64,000 nucleotides of DNA from contig NC_086101.1 of the NCBI RefSeq assembly GCF_963921235.1, positions 192,138,001-192,202,000 of the forward strand. The letters are read 5' to 3'. Both the position numbers and the translations under genes were made by a program. The notes under the pieces were generated by a model. The model had not been told where the DNA came from. It ran no database searches and worked only from the letters and a program-made list of their open reading frames with translations. The DNA is from Mobula hypostoma (taxonomy: Eukaryota). This document shows positions 1 to 12,387 of the stretch, in pieces. Numbering within the stretch: position 1 is the first letter of the stretch; each line of letters begins with the position of its first letter.

Positions 1-217
1 GGCTCTCCTAATTTCATTCCTCAACTCCTTCTGTCACAAGTGCAGGTACGGATGGACCCAAAAGCAGGACACAAACACGTTTTGTAGCATTAACACGAAT
101 AGAGTTTATTAATCGTTACTAGGAAAGCAGGAAAGCAAGGATTGTTCAGAGGGAGATCAAGGAGTGGGCATAGCAGAAGCAGGAATAAGCGTTGGTAAGT
201 CTCGGGACATTGGACTC

Positions 218-553
218 GGGACTCAGAACATCAGAGACCGGAACCGAAACATCAGAGCCGAGACTCAGAACATCAGAGCCCGGACTCGGAACATCAGAGA
301 CCGGACCCGAAACATCAGAGCCCAGACTCAGAACATCAGAGCCCGGACTCGGAACATCAGAGACCGGACCCGAAACATCAGGGCCCGGAGTCGGAACATC
401 AGGGACCGGACTCGGAACATCAGGGATCGGACTTGGAACATCAGAGCCCGGACCCGAAACATCAGAGCCCAGACTCAGAACATCAGAGCCCGGACTCAGA
501 ACATCAGAGCCCGGACTCAGAACATCAGAGACCGGACTCGGAACATCAGAGAC
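218..553. repeat. 21-bp minisatellite, about 16 copies, inside the solo LTR
   Basis: Unit (C/G)GGACTC(A/G)GAACATCAGAG(A/C)C read directly; it explains the periodic ORFs at 146-676. Confidence 0.95.
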
Positions 554-938
554 CTTGCTTCGGTGATGGAAAGCTGCCAGTGAGTGAGTGAGCCAGTGAA
601 GGAGTGGAGCTTTGAGGCTTTGACTCGAGAGATTCTGGCAGTTTTGGCAGTTGGTCTGTGCAATCAAGTCAATCAAGATTTGAATAGATCAGCAGAAAGC
701 TGTTGATTAGATAATCAAGATTTGAATAGCTCAGACTCAGCAGAAAGCAGCTGATTGGGCAGTCGAGGTCAGGTGACCAAACATTTTGAAAAGCTCAAAC
801 AGATAAATAGAGGGATAGCTCAAGCGAAGCGGCCAGTGCATGAGTGGGCCAGTGAAGGAGTGGAGTTTTGAGGCTTTGACTCAAGAGGCTTCAACCAGAA
901 GAGGCGGAGGACAAGCCAGCTCGCAGTTAGTTTTTACA

Positions 939-1880
939 ATGTCCCCTGAGATGGTGGTGTGCCTCTCATGTGAGATGTGGCAGTCTTGGGGGAACTCCCC
1001 TCTCCCGCAGAGTCACATCTGCCAGAAGTGCATACGGCTGGGTGATCTGGAAGACCGTGTAAGGAATCTGGAGCAGCAGCTGGATGACCTTCGACTCATA
1101 AGGGAGAATGAGGCAGTCATAGATGGGAGCTACAGGGAGGTAGTCACACCTAGGCCGTCGGAAGCAGGTCGTTGGGTGACAGTCAGAGGGGGGAAAGTGA
1201 AGGTGAGCAGACAGGCAGTGCAGAGCACCCCTGTAGCCATTCCCCTGAATAATAAGTTTACCATGCTGGATACTGTTGGCGGGGACGACCGACCAGGTGT
1301 GAACCACGGTGGCAGGGCCTCCGGCACTGAGTCTGATCCGGTGGTGCAGAAGTGTGGGACGGAGAAGAGGAGAGCTGTCGTCATTGGAGACTCTATAGTC
1401 AGAGGAGCAGACAGGAGATTTTATGGACGTGAGAAGGACACCCGCATGGTTTGTTGCCTCCCGGGTGCCAGGGTCCGGGATGTCTCTGACCGGGTGCACG
1501 ACATCCTGGTACGAGAGGGAAAGCAACCAGAAGTCATGATACATGTTGGGACCAATGACACAGGCAGGAAGAGGGTTGAGGTCCTGAAATGTGAGTTTCA
1601 GGAATTAGGCAGAAGGCTGAAGAACAGGACCTCAAGGGTGACGCTCTCAGGATTGCTGCCAGTGCTACGTGACAGAGATGGTAAGAATTGGAGGAGATGG
1701 CAGTTGAATGCGTGGCTGAGGAGTTGGTGCAGGGAGCAGGGTTTTAGATTTTTAGATCATTGGGATCTCTACTGGGGAAGGTGGGACCTGTACAGATTGG
1801 ATGGGTTGCACCTGAACTCGAAGGGGAGCAATATCCTTGCAGGTAGGTTTGGTAGCATGGTTCAGGAGGGTTTAAGATAA
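939..1880 (+). CDS. CR1 ORF1p, intact: zinc finger, coiled coil and SGNH/GDSL esterase
   Basis: CLSC...CQKC, then LEDRVRNLEQQLDDL, then GDSIVRG, HVGTND and DGLHLN; open from ATG 939 to TAA 1880 (ORF track starts at 840). Confidence 0.9.
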   Translation: MSPEMVVCLSCEMWQSWGNSPLPQSHICQKCIRLGDLEDRVRNLEQQLDDLRLIRENEAVIDGSYREVVTPRPSEAGRWVTVRGGKVKVSRQAVQSTPVAIPLNNKFTMLDTVGGDDRPGVNHGGRASGTESDPVVQKCGTEKRRAVVIGDSIVRGADRRFYGREKDTRMVCCLPGARVRDVSDRVHDILVREGKQPEVMIHVGTNDTGRKRVEVLKCEFQELGRRLKNRTSRVTLSGLLPVLRDRDGKNWRRWQLNAWLRSWCREQGFRFLDHWDLYWGRWDLYRLDGLHLNSKGSNILAGRFGSMVQEGLR

Positions 1881-1945
1881 TTTGCGAGGGGGCTGGGACC
1901 CAGAGCGATAGAGCAGTGAAAGAAGTGCATGGAGTAAAGCCAGAT

Positions 1946-4724
1946 CTAACATACAGAGAGGCTTTGAGGAAAGAGAAGCAGAATAAACGGTGTAAAGACA
2001 GTAAGGTAGAAGGGCTGAAATGTGTGTACCTCAATGCAAGAAGCATCAGGAACAAAGGTGATGAACTGAGAGCTTAGATACATACATGGAATTATGATGT
2101 AGTGGCCATTACAGAGACTTGGCTGGCACCAGGGCAGGAATGGATTCTCAATATTCCTGGATTTCAGTGCTTTAAGAGGGATAGAGAGGGGGGATAGCAG
2201 CGAAGGGTTGGTATTACTGGTCAGGAATACTATTACAGCTACAGAAAGGGTGGGTAATGTAGCAGGATCCTCTTTTGAGTCAATATGGGTGGAAGTCAAG
2301 AACAGGAAGGGAGCAGTTACGCTATTAGGGGTATTCTATAGGCTCCCTGGTAGCAGCAGAGATACAGAGGAGCAGATTGGGAGGCAGATTTTGGAAAGGT
2401 GCAAAAATAACAGGGTTGTTATCATGGGTGACTTTAACTTCCCTAATATTGATTGGCACCTGATTAGTTCCAAGGGTTTAGATGGGGCAGAATTTGTTAA
2501 GTGTGTCCAGGATGGATTCCTGTCACAGTATGTGGACAGGCCGACCAGGGGGAATGCCATACTAGATCTAGTACTAGGTAATGAACCGGGTCAGGTCACA
2601 GATCTCTCAGTGGGTGAGCATCTGGGGGACAGTGACCACTGCTCCCTGGCCTTTATAATTATCATGGAAAAGGATAGAATCAAAGAGGACAGGAAAATTT
2701 TTAATTGGGGAAAGGCAAATTATGAGGCTATAAGGCTAGAACTTGTGGGATGTAAGGGATAAATTTGTCCTGGTGAGGAAGATAAAGAATGGTAGGGTGA
2801 AGGAACCATGGGTGACAAGTGAGGTGGAAAATCTAGCCAGGTGGAAGAAGGCAGCATACATGAGTTTAGGAAGCAAGGATCAGATGGGTCTATTGAGGAA
2901 TATAGGGAAGCAAGACAGGAGCTTAAGAAGGGGCTGAGAAGAGCAAGAAGGGGGCATGAGAAGGCAAGTAGGGTAAAGGAAAACCCCAAGGCATTCTTCA
3001 ATTATGTGAAGAAAAAAAGGATGACAGGAGTGAAGGTAGGACCAATTAGAGATAAAGGTGGGAAGATGTGCCTGGAGGCTGTGGAAGTGAGCGAGGTCCT
3101 CAATGAATACTTCTCTTTGGTATTCACCAATGAGAGGGAACTTGATGATGGTGAGGACAATATGACTGAGGTTGATGTTCTGGAGCATGCTGATATTAAG
3201 GGAGAGGAGGTGTTGGAGTTGTTAAAATACATTAGGACAGATAAGTCCCCAGAGCCTGACGAAATATTCCCCAGGCTGCTCCATGAGGCGAGAGAAGAGA
3301 TTGCTGAGCCTCTGGCTAGGATCTTTATGTCCTCGTTGTCCACAGGAATGGTATCGGAGGATTGGAGGGAGGCGAATGTTGTTCCCTTGTTCAAAAAAGG
3401 TAGTAGGGATAGTCCGGGTAATTATAGACCAGTGAGCTTTACGTCTGTGCTGGGAAAGCTGTTGGAAAAGATTCTTAGAGATAGGATCTATGGGCATTTA
3501 GAGAATCATGGTCTGATCAGGGACAGTCAACATGGCTTTGTGAAGGGCAGATCGTGTCTAACAAGCCTGATAGAGTTCTTTGAGGAGGTGACCAGGCATA
3601 TAGATGAGGGTAGTGCAGTGGATGTGATCTATATGGATTTTAGTAAGGCATTTGACAAGGTTGCACACGGTAGGCTTATTCAGAAAGTTAGAAGGCATGA
3701 GATCCAGGGAAGTTTGGCCAGGTGGATTCAGAATTGGCTTGCCTGCAGAAGGTAGAGGGTGCTGGTGGAGGGAGTACATTCAGATTGGAGGATTGTGACT
3801 AGTGGTGTCCCACAATTATCTGTTCTGGGACCTCTACTTCTCATGATTTTTATTAACGACCTGGATGTGGGGGTAGAAGGGTGGGTTGGCAAGTTTGCAA
3901 ACGACACAAAGGTTGGTGGTGTTGTAGATAGTGTAGTGGATTGTCGAAGATTGCAGAGAGACATTGATAGGATGCAGAAGTGGGCTGAGAAGTGGCAGAT
4001 GGAGTTCAACCCGGAGAAGTGTGAGGTGGTACACTTTGGAAGGACAAACTCCAAGGCAGAGTACAAAGTAAATGTCAGGATACTTGGTAGTGTGGAGGAG
4101 CAGAGGGATCTCGGGGTACATGTCCACAGATCCCTGAAAGTTGCCTCACAGGTGGATAGGGTAGTTAAGAAAGCTTATAGGGTGTTAGCTTTCATAAGTC
4201 AAGGGATAGAGTTTAAGAGTCGCGATGTAATGATGCAGCTCTATAAAACTCTGGTTCGGCCACTCTTGGAGTACTGTGTCCATTTCTGGTCGCCTCACTA
4301 TAGGAAGGATGTGGAAGCATTGGAAAGGGTACAGAGGAGATTTACCAGGATGCTGCCTGGTTTAGGAAGTATTCATTATGATCAGAGATTAAGGGAGCTA
4401 GGGCTTTACTCTTTGGAGAGAAGGAGGATGAGAGGAGACGTGATAGAGGTGTACAAGATAATAAGAGGAATAGATAGAGTGGATAGCCAGCGCCTCTTCC
4501 CCAGGGCACCACTGCTCAATACAAGAGGACATGGCTTTAAGGTAAGGGGTAGGAAGTTCAAGGGGGATATTAGAGGAAGGCTTTTTACTCAGAGAGTGGT
4601 TGGTGCGTGGAATGCACTGCCTGAGTCAGTGGTGGAGGCAGATACACTAGTGAAGTTTAAGAGACTACTGGACAGGTATATGGAGGAATCTAGGGTGGGG
4701 GCTTATATGGGAGGCAGGGTTTGA
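1946..4724 (+). pseudogene. CR1 ORF2 (endonuclease + reverse transcriptase) with frameshifts and stops
   Basis: Split across ORFs 2208-2762, 2841-3755 and 3759-4724. Confidence 0.9.
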
Positions 4725-5548
4725 AGGTTGGCACAACATTGTGGGCCGAAGGGCCTGTACTGTGCTGTACTATTCTATGTTCTATATGTTCTATGATGTC
4801 CGATGACGATCTAGCGCAAGCAGCTGTAAGCCCAACACTAAATACTGCTCGTTCAGCTGAGACTCAAGTGCCTTTAATTACAGAGCCCAAGAAACACAAG
4901 GAAACAATGAATTAAGGAAAACAAGGAGGCAACGGTCCTGATTGTGACACAAAGTAAATTTAAAGGGACCCAGGGAATAACCAATCAGGACAGTGACACC
5001 TTCCTGCTAGCCTTATAATCTTCTGGATTTCTATCATTACCTAGTTTTTTGAACCTCTTGTAAGCTCTTCTTTTCTTCTTGACTAGATTTACAACAGCCT
5101 TTGTACACCATGGTTCCTGTACCCTCCCATCCTTTCCCTGTCTCATTGGAACGTACCTATGTAGAACGCCACACAAATATCCCCTGAACATTTGCCACAT
5201 CTCTTCCGTAAATTTCCCTGAGAACATCTGCTCCCAATTTATACTTCCCAAGTTCCTGCCTGGTAGCTTCATATTTCCCCTTACTCCAATTAAACACTTT
5301 CCTAACATGTCTGTTCCTAATCCTCTCCAGCACTATGGTAAAGGAGATAGAATTGTGATCACTATCTCCAAAATGCTCTCCCACTGAGAGATCTGACACC
5401 TGACCAGGTTCACTTCTCAATACCAGATCAAGTACAGCCTCTCGTCTTGTAGGCTTATCTACATATTGTGTCAGAAATCCTTCCTGAACACACCTAACAA
5501 ACTCCACCCCATCTAGTCCCCTTGCTCTAGGGAGATGCCAATCAATAT

Positions 5549-8500
5549 GGCACCCAGGTGCCAGGGTACGGGATGTCTCAGATCGGGTCCTGAATATTCT
5601 AAAGGGGGAGGGTGAGCAGCCAGTTGTCTTGGTACATGTTGGTCCCAATGACATAGATAGGACAAAGGAGGAGGTCCTGAAGAGAGATTTCCAGGAGTTA
5701 GGAAGGAAGCTGAGAAGCAGGACCTCCAGGGTAGTAATCTCGGGATTGGTACCTGTGCCACGTGCTAGCGAGGGCAAGAGTCGTCGGATCAGGCAGATGA
5801 ATGCTTGGCTGAGAGACTGGTGTAGGGGGCAGGGCTTCAGATTCTTGGATAATTGGGATCTCTTCTGGGGAAAGTATGACCTGTTCAAAAAAGACAGGTT
5901 ACACCTGAACCCGAAGGGGACCAATATCCTGGTGGGAAAGTTTAATAGAGCTGTTAGGGAGGGTTTAAACTAATTTGGTAGGGGGATGGGAACCGGAATG
6001 ATAGAGCGGAGGAAGGGGAAAACAGAAATAAATCTAAGATAGTGAGCAGTAAAGATGTCAGGAAAGACAGGCAGGTGATGGGGCAAATGTGTAGCCATTG
6101 GGATGAGTTGAAGTGCAATAAAGTTGCAGTGAAATCAAAGCAAAAAGTATCAAATACTGGTCTTAAGGTGTTGTACTTAAATGCACGCAGCATAAGGAAT
6201 AAGGTGGATGATCTTGTTGTACAGCTACAGATTGGCAGGTATGATATTGTGGCCATCACTGAGACCTGGCTAAAGGATGCATGTCTCTGGGAGCTGAACG
6301 TGCAAGGATACACGGTGTATCGGAAGGATAGGAAGGTAGGCAGAGGGGGAGACATGGCTTTTTTGGTAAGAAATGATATTAAATCATTAGAAAGAGGTGA
6401 TATAGGATCGGAAGGTGCAGAATCTTTATGGGTTGAGCTAAGGAATAGCAGGGGTAAAAAGACCCTGATGGCAGTTATTTATAGGCCTCCAAACAGCTGC
6501 AGGGATGTGGACTACAAATTACAACTGGAAATAGAAAAGGCTTGTCAGAAGGGCAGTGTTATGATAATTGTGGGGGATTTTAACATGCGAGTAGATTGGA
6601 AAAATCAGGTCGGCACTGGATCTCAAGAGAGAGAATTTGTAGAATGTCTGCGAGATGGCTTTTTAGAATAGCTTGTTGTTGAGCCCACTAGGGGATCGGC
6701 TGTACTGCATTGGGTATTGTGTACTGAACCGGAGGTGATTGGAGAGATTGAGGTGAAGGAACCCTTAGGAGGCCGTGATCATAACATGATTGAGTTCACT
6801 GTGAAATTAGAAAAAGAGAAGCAGAATTCTGATGTGTCGGTGTTTCAGTGGAGTAAAGGAAATTACAGTGGCATGAGAGAGGAACTGGCCAAAGTTGACT
6901 GGAAAGAGACACTGGTGGGAAAGACAGCAGAGCAGCAGTGGCTGGAGTTTATGCGAGAAGTGAGGAAGGTGCAAGACAGGTATATTCCAAAAAAGAAGAA
7001 ATTTTCGAGTGGAAAAAGGATGCAACCGTGGTTGACGAGAGAAGTCAAAGCCAAAGTTAAAGCAAAGGAGAGGGCATACAAGGAAGCAAAAATTAGTGGG
7101 AAGACAGAGGATTGGGAAGTTTTTAAAACCTTACAAAAAGAAACCAAGAAGGTCATTAAGAGAGAAAGGATTAACTATGAAAGGAAACTAGCAAATAATA
7201 TCAAAGAGGATACTAAAAGCTTTTTCAAGTATATAAAGAGTAAAAGACAGGTGAGAGTAGATATAGAACTGATAGAAAATGATACTGGAAAAATTGTAAT
7301 GGGAGATGAGGAGATGGCAGAGGAACTGAACAAGTATTTTGCATCAGTCTTCACTGAGGAAGACTGCAGGATACCGGGCACTCAAGGGTGGCAGGGAAGA
7401 GAAGTGTGCGCAGTCACAATTACGACAGAGAAAGTACTCAGGAAGCTGAATAGGCTAAAGGTCGATAAATCTCCTGGACCAGATGGAATGCACCCTCGTG
7501 TTCTGAAGGAAGTAGCTGTGGAGATTGCGGAGGCATTAGCGATGATCTTTCAAAAGTCGATAGATTCTGGCATGGTTCCAGAAGACTGGAAGATTGCAAA
7601 TGTCACTCCGCTATTTAAGAAGGGGGCAAGGAAGCAAAAAGGAAATTATAGACCTGTTAGCTTGACGTCGGTGGTTGGGAAGTTGTTGGAGTCGATTGTC
7701 AAGGATGAGGTTACAGAGTACCTGGAGGCATATGACAAGATAGGCAGAACTCAGCATGGATTCCTTAAAGGAAAATCCTGCCTGACAAACCTATTACAAT
7801 TTTTTGAGGAAATTACCGGTAGGCTAGACAAGCGAGATGCAGTGGATGTTGTATATTTGGATTTTCAGAAGGCCTTTGACAAGGTGCCACACATGGGGCT
7901 GCTTAACAAGATAAGAGCCCATGGAATTACAGGAAAGTTACATACGTGGATAGAGCGTTGGCTGATTGGCAGGAAACAGAGAGTGGGAATAAAGGGATCC
8001 TATTCTGGTTTGCTGCCGGTTACCAGTGGTGTTCCACAGGGATCAGTGTTGGGGCCGCTTCTTTTTACATTGTACATCAACGATCTGGATTATGGAATAG
8101 ATGGCTTTGTGGCTAAGTTTGCTGACGATACGAAGATAGGTGGAGGGGCCGGTAGTGCTGAGGAAACGGAGAGTCTGCAGAGAGACTTGGATAGATTGGA
8201 AGAATGGACAGAGAAGTGGCAAATGAAGTACAATGTTGGAAAGTGTATGGTTATGCACTTTGGCAGAAAAAATAAACAGGCAGACTATTATTTAAATGGG
8301 GAAAGATTTCAAAGTTCTGAGATGCAATGGGACTTGGGAGTCCTCGTACAGGATTCCCTTAAAGTTAATCTCCAGGTTGAGACAGTAGTGAAGAAGGCGA
8401 ATGCAATGTTGGCATTCATTTCAAGAGGAATAGAGTAAAGGAGCAGGGATGTGATGTTGAGGCTCTATAAGGCACTGGTGAGACCTCACTTGGAGTACTG

Positions 8501-9052
8501 TGGGCAGTTTTGGTCTCCTTATTTAAGAAAGGATGTGCTGAGGTTGGAGAGGGTACAGAGAAGATTCACGAGAATGATTCCGGGAATGAGAGGGTTAACA
8601 TATGAGGAACGTTTGTCCGCTCTTGGACTGTATTCCTTGGAGTTTAGAAGAATGAGGGGAGACCTCATAGAAACATTTCGAATGTTAAAAGGCATGGACA
8701 GAGTGGATGTGGCGAAGTTGTTTCCCATGATGGGGGAGTCTAGTACAAGAGGGCATGACTTCAGGATTGAAGGGCGCCCTTTCAGAACCGAAATGCGAAG
8801 AAATTTTTTTAGTCAGAGGGTGGTGAATCTATGGAATTTGTTGCCACGGGCAGCAGTGGAGGCCAAGTCATTGGGTGTATTTAAGGCAGAGATTGATAGG
8901 TATCTGAGTAGCCAGGGCATCAAAGGTTATGGTGAGAAGGCAGGGCAGTGGGACTAAATAGGATAAAATGGATCAGCTCATGATAAAATGGCGGAGTAGA
9001 CTCGATGGGCCGAATCTCCTACTTCTGCTCCGTTGTCTTTGTCGTATGGTCT
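5549..9052 (+). mobile_element. 5'-truncated CR1 of a second subfamily (ORF1 C-terminus, disrupted ORF2, 3' tail) inserted in the host CR1
   Basis: ORFs 5629-5973, 6042-6671, 6717-8438 and 8451-8957; AATAT duplicated at 5544-5548 and 9053-9057; empty-site sequence at 15851-15875. Confidence 0.92.
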
Positions 9053-10255
9053 AATATTTGGGAAATTAAAAACTCCCACTACGACAACCTTGTTATTATT
9101 ACACCTTTCCAGAACCTGTCTCCCTATCTGCTCCTTGATGTCCCTGTTACTATTAGGTGGTCTATAAAAAACACCCAGAACAGTTATTGACCCCTTCCTG
9201 TTCCTAACCTCCACCCACAGAGAGTCCGTAGACAATCCCTCCGTGTCTTCCTCCTTTTCTATGACGGTGATGCTATCTCTGATCAACAGTGCCATGCCCC
9301 CACCTCTTTTGCCTCCCTCCCTGTCCTTCCTGAAACACCTAAAGCCTGGCACTTTAAGAAGCCATTCCTATCCCTGAGCCAGCCAAGTCTCTGTAATGGC
9401 CACAATATCATATCTCCAAGTACTGATCCACGGTCTAAGCTCATCTGCTTTGTTCATGATACTCTTCGCATTAAATAGACAGATCTCAAAGCATCAGACT
9501 GAGCTTATCCCTTCTCTATCACCTGCCTATCCTCCCTCTCTCGCACTGTCTCCAAGCTTTCTCTATTTGTGAGGCCACTGCCCCTTCCTCCGTCTCTTCA
9601 GTTTGGTTCCCACCACACCGCCCCCCCCCAGCAATTCTGGTTTGAACTCTCCCCTGTAGCCTTAGCAAACCTCCCCGCCAGGATACTGGTCCTCCTGGGA
9701 TTCAAGTGCAACGCATCCTGATTGTATAAGATCACTCCTGCCCCAAAAGAGGTCCCAATGATCCAGAAATCTGAATCCCTGCCCCCTGCTCCAATCCCTC
9801 AGCTACACATTTATCCTCCACCTCACTCTATTCCTATACCCACTGTCACGTGGCACAGGCCGTGATCCTGAGATTACCACCTTTGTGGTCCTGCTTCTCA
9901 ACTCCCTGTAGTCTGTTTTCAGGACTTCTTCCCTTTTCCTACCTATGTCTGACCTTCCAGATAGAGAGTCCCCTATCACTGCTGCCATTCTCTTCCTTTC
10001 CCTACTCCTCTGAGCCACAGGGTCAGACTCTGTGCCAGAGGCGTGGCCACTGTTGCTTCCCCCAGGTAGGTCCTCCCCTCCCCCAACAGTACTCAAGCAA
10101 GAGTACTTAGAGTTAAGGTGGACAGCCACAGGGGTACTTTCTAATATCTCACTCTTGCCCTTCCCTCTCCTGACTGTTACCCACATATCTGTACCCGATG
10201 CCCCAGTGTGACTACCAGACGAAGGTCATCGAGCTGCATCTGTAGTTCCCTAACC

Positions 10256-11244
10256 CAGGGGCGTATCTAAGGAAAATAGTGCCTATGGCAAGCACTGAAA
10301 TTGTGCCCCTGTACAAACATCTGACACCCATCTTTTAGATAAATTTACCATAATATCAGCTCAAAAATACGAGTCAAGCTCGGTAATCTTTTAACTAACA
10401 AATTATGGCACTACATGAAAATTATAACAGCACCTTCCTTGCTTTCACTGATGCAAGTTGGTCTATGATGTGATCAAAGTCAGTTTTTTCATCAGAGCAA
10501 GATCACAGAGTCTGCCTTGACCCATGGAGGCTCTCAAATATGAAAGTATTTGTTTTAACTTACTGAATGATCTCTCACAGCTGGCGATGGAAACTGCGAT
10601 GGTTAGCATTATCTGAATAGCAATACGAAGATTGGGGAAGATGCTCTCAGCTCCACACTGAACAATAAATTCAAGAAGCTCTTCAGGTCTTGATATTTTC
10701 ATGTTGACCCGCCTTGAATGCAACATTCTGCAATCCAAAATTTCTTCATATAGCTGCTGTCCATCAACATCAGAGCTGTACAATTCGCCCAAATTTTCAC
10801 ACCTCTTCTTTAGGTCGTTACTGTCGGCACCGTAACACAGTCCCTCGACATCAAGCAGGAACCCAAAGTTGGCGTCAGTGTCGTGCAAACAAGCGAACCT
10901 TTCGTCCATTTCTCTGTGAAGACGGTCGAGTGTTCCCTTCATGACTCTTTCCATTTCCTCCTTAGTCGTTAACCCAGCGCCTCTCGAGTTCTCACCAGCC
11001 ATTTGTTTCTTTCATCTCTGACGTCTTTCAACTCCACCTTCCTTCTTCTTCGTGGTCTTCTTACACAATGCTCTGAAATAAGACCATCCTCGTGCTTCTC
11101 ACCCATGATAATGAAAGACAGGTCATACATCTGAAGAAAATTCTGTTCTTCACTGTCCGAGAATGGCCTGTCTGACTTTAATAGAAACTGCTCAGTGGTG
11201 CCCAGGGCACGTGCCATACCTGCCATACCTTAGATACGCCACTG
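10256..11244 (-). mobile_element. hAT DNA transposon, internally deleted (989 bp)
   Basis: 17-bp terminal inverted repeats CAG(G/T)GGCGTATCTAAGG at 10256-10272 and 11228-11244; 8-bp TSD CCCTAACC / CCCTTACC. Confidence 0.95.
10463..11002 (-). pseudogene. hAT transposase C-terminal dimerization-domain fragment
   Basis: ...FPNLRIAIQIMLTIAVSIASCERSFSKL motif in the 179-aa ORF. Confidence 0.85.
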
Positions 11245-11592
11245 CCCTTACCTGGTCCCTAAGGAGCTGAAGCTCGACACACCTGGAGCAGATGTGGCTG
11301 TCCGGGAGGCTGACAGTCTCCTGGACTTCTCACATCTGACACCCAGTACAGAACACCGAGCTCACCGACATATTTCCTGTTTCTATTCTACACAAGTAAC
11401 TTACCTCGCCTCAACGTGTTATCGCCTAAGCCTCGTTTAGCCAAAGCCTTCCTACTCTGACTCCCTCCACTCTGGTACCCACTCTATAAAGCTGTCTTCT
11501 TTTTGAACTCTGCCTGCCAGTCTAACTCGCTGACGTCCACTTGCCTGTGTAGTCATACCTCGATCAAACCGCTGAAAAAGAAAAGAACTACC

Positions 11593-11712
11593 CTGTACCA
11601 ATTAGTGTTGTTACACTGTACTGACTAGTGTTGTTACACTTGTTACACTGTACTGACTAGTGTTGTTACACTGTACTGACTAGTGTTGTTACACTCTCCT
11701 GATTAGTGTTGG
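11593..11712. repeat. Short array of the ~22-bp satellite TAGTGTTGTTACACTGTACTGA(C/T), upstream of V exon 1
   Basis: Same unit as the large array at 28710-31080. Confidence 0.9.
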
Positions 11713-11997
11713 TGTCAATTGGTTCAACAACTGAATGGTTGAAGGGGATTAGCTGTTCCTGGACGTGGTGGTGTGAGATTTAGGCTTCTCTACCTCCTGC
11801 CCGATTGGACTGTTTTATGTTCGAAAGAGTTTCTCTTGTTGGAATGGTTTGCAATTAGTCAGACACATGTGGGAGTGTTTTCATTTGGGAGGGTGCTGAG
11901 GGGAGTTTTTATTATTTTGTAGGCTGGAAATTTTGTCAGTGTTAAACATGTTTGGTGGTGGTTAACTGATTTATTCTGGCACCTGTCCTTCCCTCAG

Positions 11998-12387
11998 CTC
12001 CCGGCGAGAGTGTCTCTGTGATGACTGGAACCGAGGGAGCTTCAGCCACATTACCCTGTGAGTTCACACGGCCTCTGCAGAACCTCACCGCACACAGGGT
12101 GACGTGGATGAGGAAGGATCCCTACCGACACATCGTCACATTCAGGCGTTATGAAAATGGATCATGGGCAGCGGAAAACGGAGTGACTCAGTACGAGCTC
12201 GTCCGGGACCCAGAGCGGGGAAACGCCTTCTTCAGGATAAAGCAGCTGAGTGTGGAGGACAGTCACAGCTACCTGTGTCTGGCTGCGTTCAGGAAAATGA
12301 ACCATGATTATTCATCCAACAGAGACCGCGTCAAACCCCCATTTATCCATGTGTTCCAGAGTGAGATCCAGCTGCAGGTCAGACCAG
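11998..12387 (+). CDS. Ig V-set exon, copy 1 (Siglec-15-like / NKp30-like receptor ectodomain)
   Basis: Acceptor ccttccctcAG (11996-7) and donor GTAAGA (12388); 390 nt, phase 1-1, open; LPCEF...VTW...RIKQLSVEDSHSYLC gives the canonical C-W-C V-set pattern. Confidence 0.93.

Larger units (their letters stand above)
569..4794 (+). mobile_element. Near full-length CR1 LINE (5'UTR, ORF1, disrupted ORF2, TTCTAT(G) tail)
   Basis: ORF1 esterase; APE endonuclease (YLNARSIRNK, MGDFNFP, SDH); RT (NYRPVS, QHGF, DFSKAFDKV, GVPQ, F(A)xD); tail repeats end at 4794; possible TGATG duplication at 564-568 and 4794-4798. Confidence 0.95.
32..4998. mobile_element. Solo LTR (about 750 bp net), interrupted by a CR1
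   Basis: Termini TGTCAC (32) and GTGACA (4998); 5-bp TSD CCTTC at 27-31 and 4999-5003; the host CR1 is continuous across the site. Confidence 0.85.
1..11580 (-). mobile_element. Degenerate CR1 LINE split by three insertions (pieces 1-31, 4999-5548, 9053-10255, 11245-~11580)
   Basis: The pieces rejoin into continuous endonuclease and ORF1 sequence matching the uninterrupted copy at 15290-17267. ORF1 start codon is at 11371 on the minus strand (MSVSSVFCTGCQM..., zinc-finger-like). Each interruption is bounded by a target-site duplication (TSD). Confidence 0.9.

Noticed and set aside
146-676. Periodic ORFs on both strands (176, 139 and 124 aa)
   Set aside because: Products of a stop-free 21-bp minisatellite inside a solo LTR; no splice or domain support.
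4795-4998. Possible leader exon or promoter of the receptor
   Set aside because: It is the distal part of the solo LTR, as shown by the terminus and TSD; there is no hydrophobic leader with a phase-1 donor. No leader exon was found anywhere in the window.
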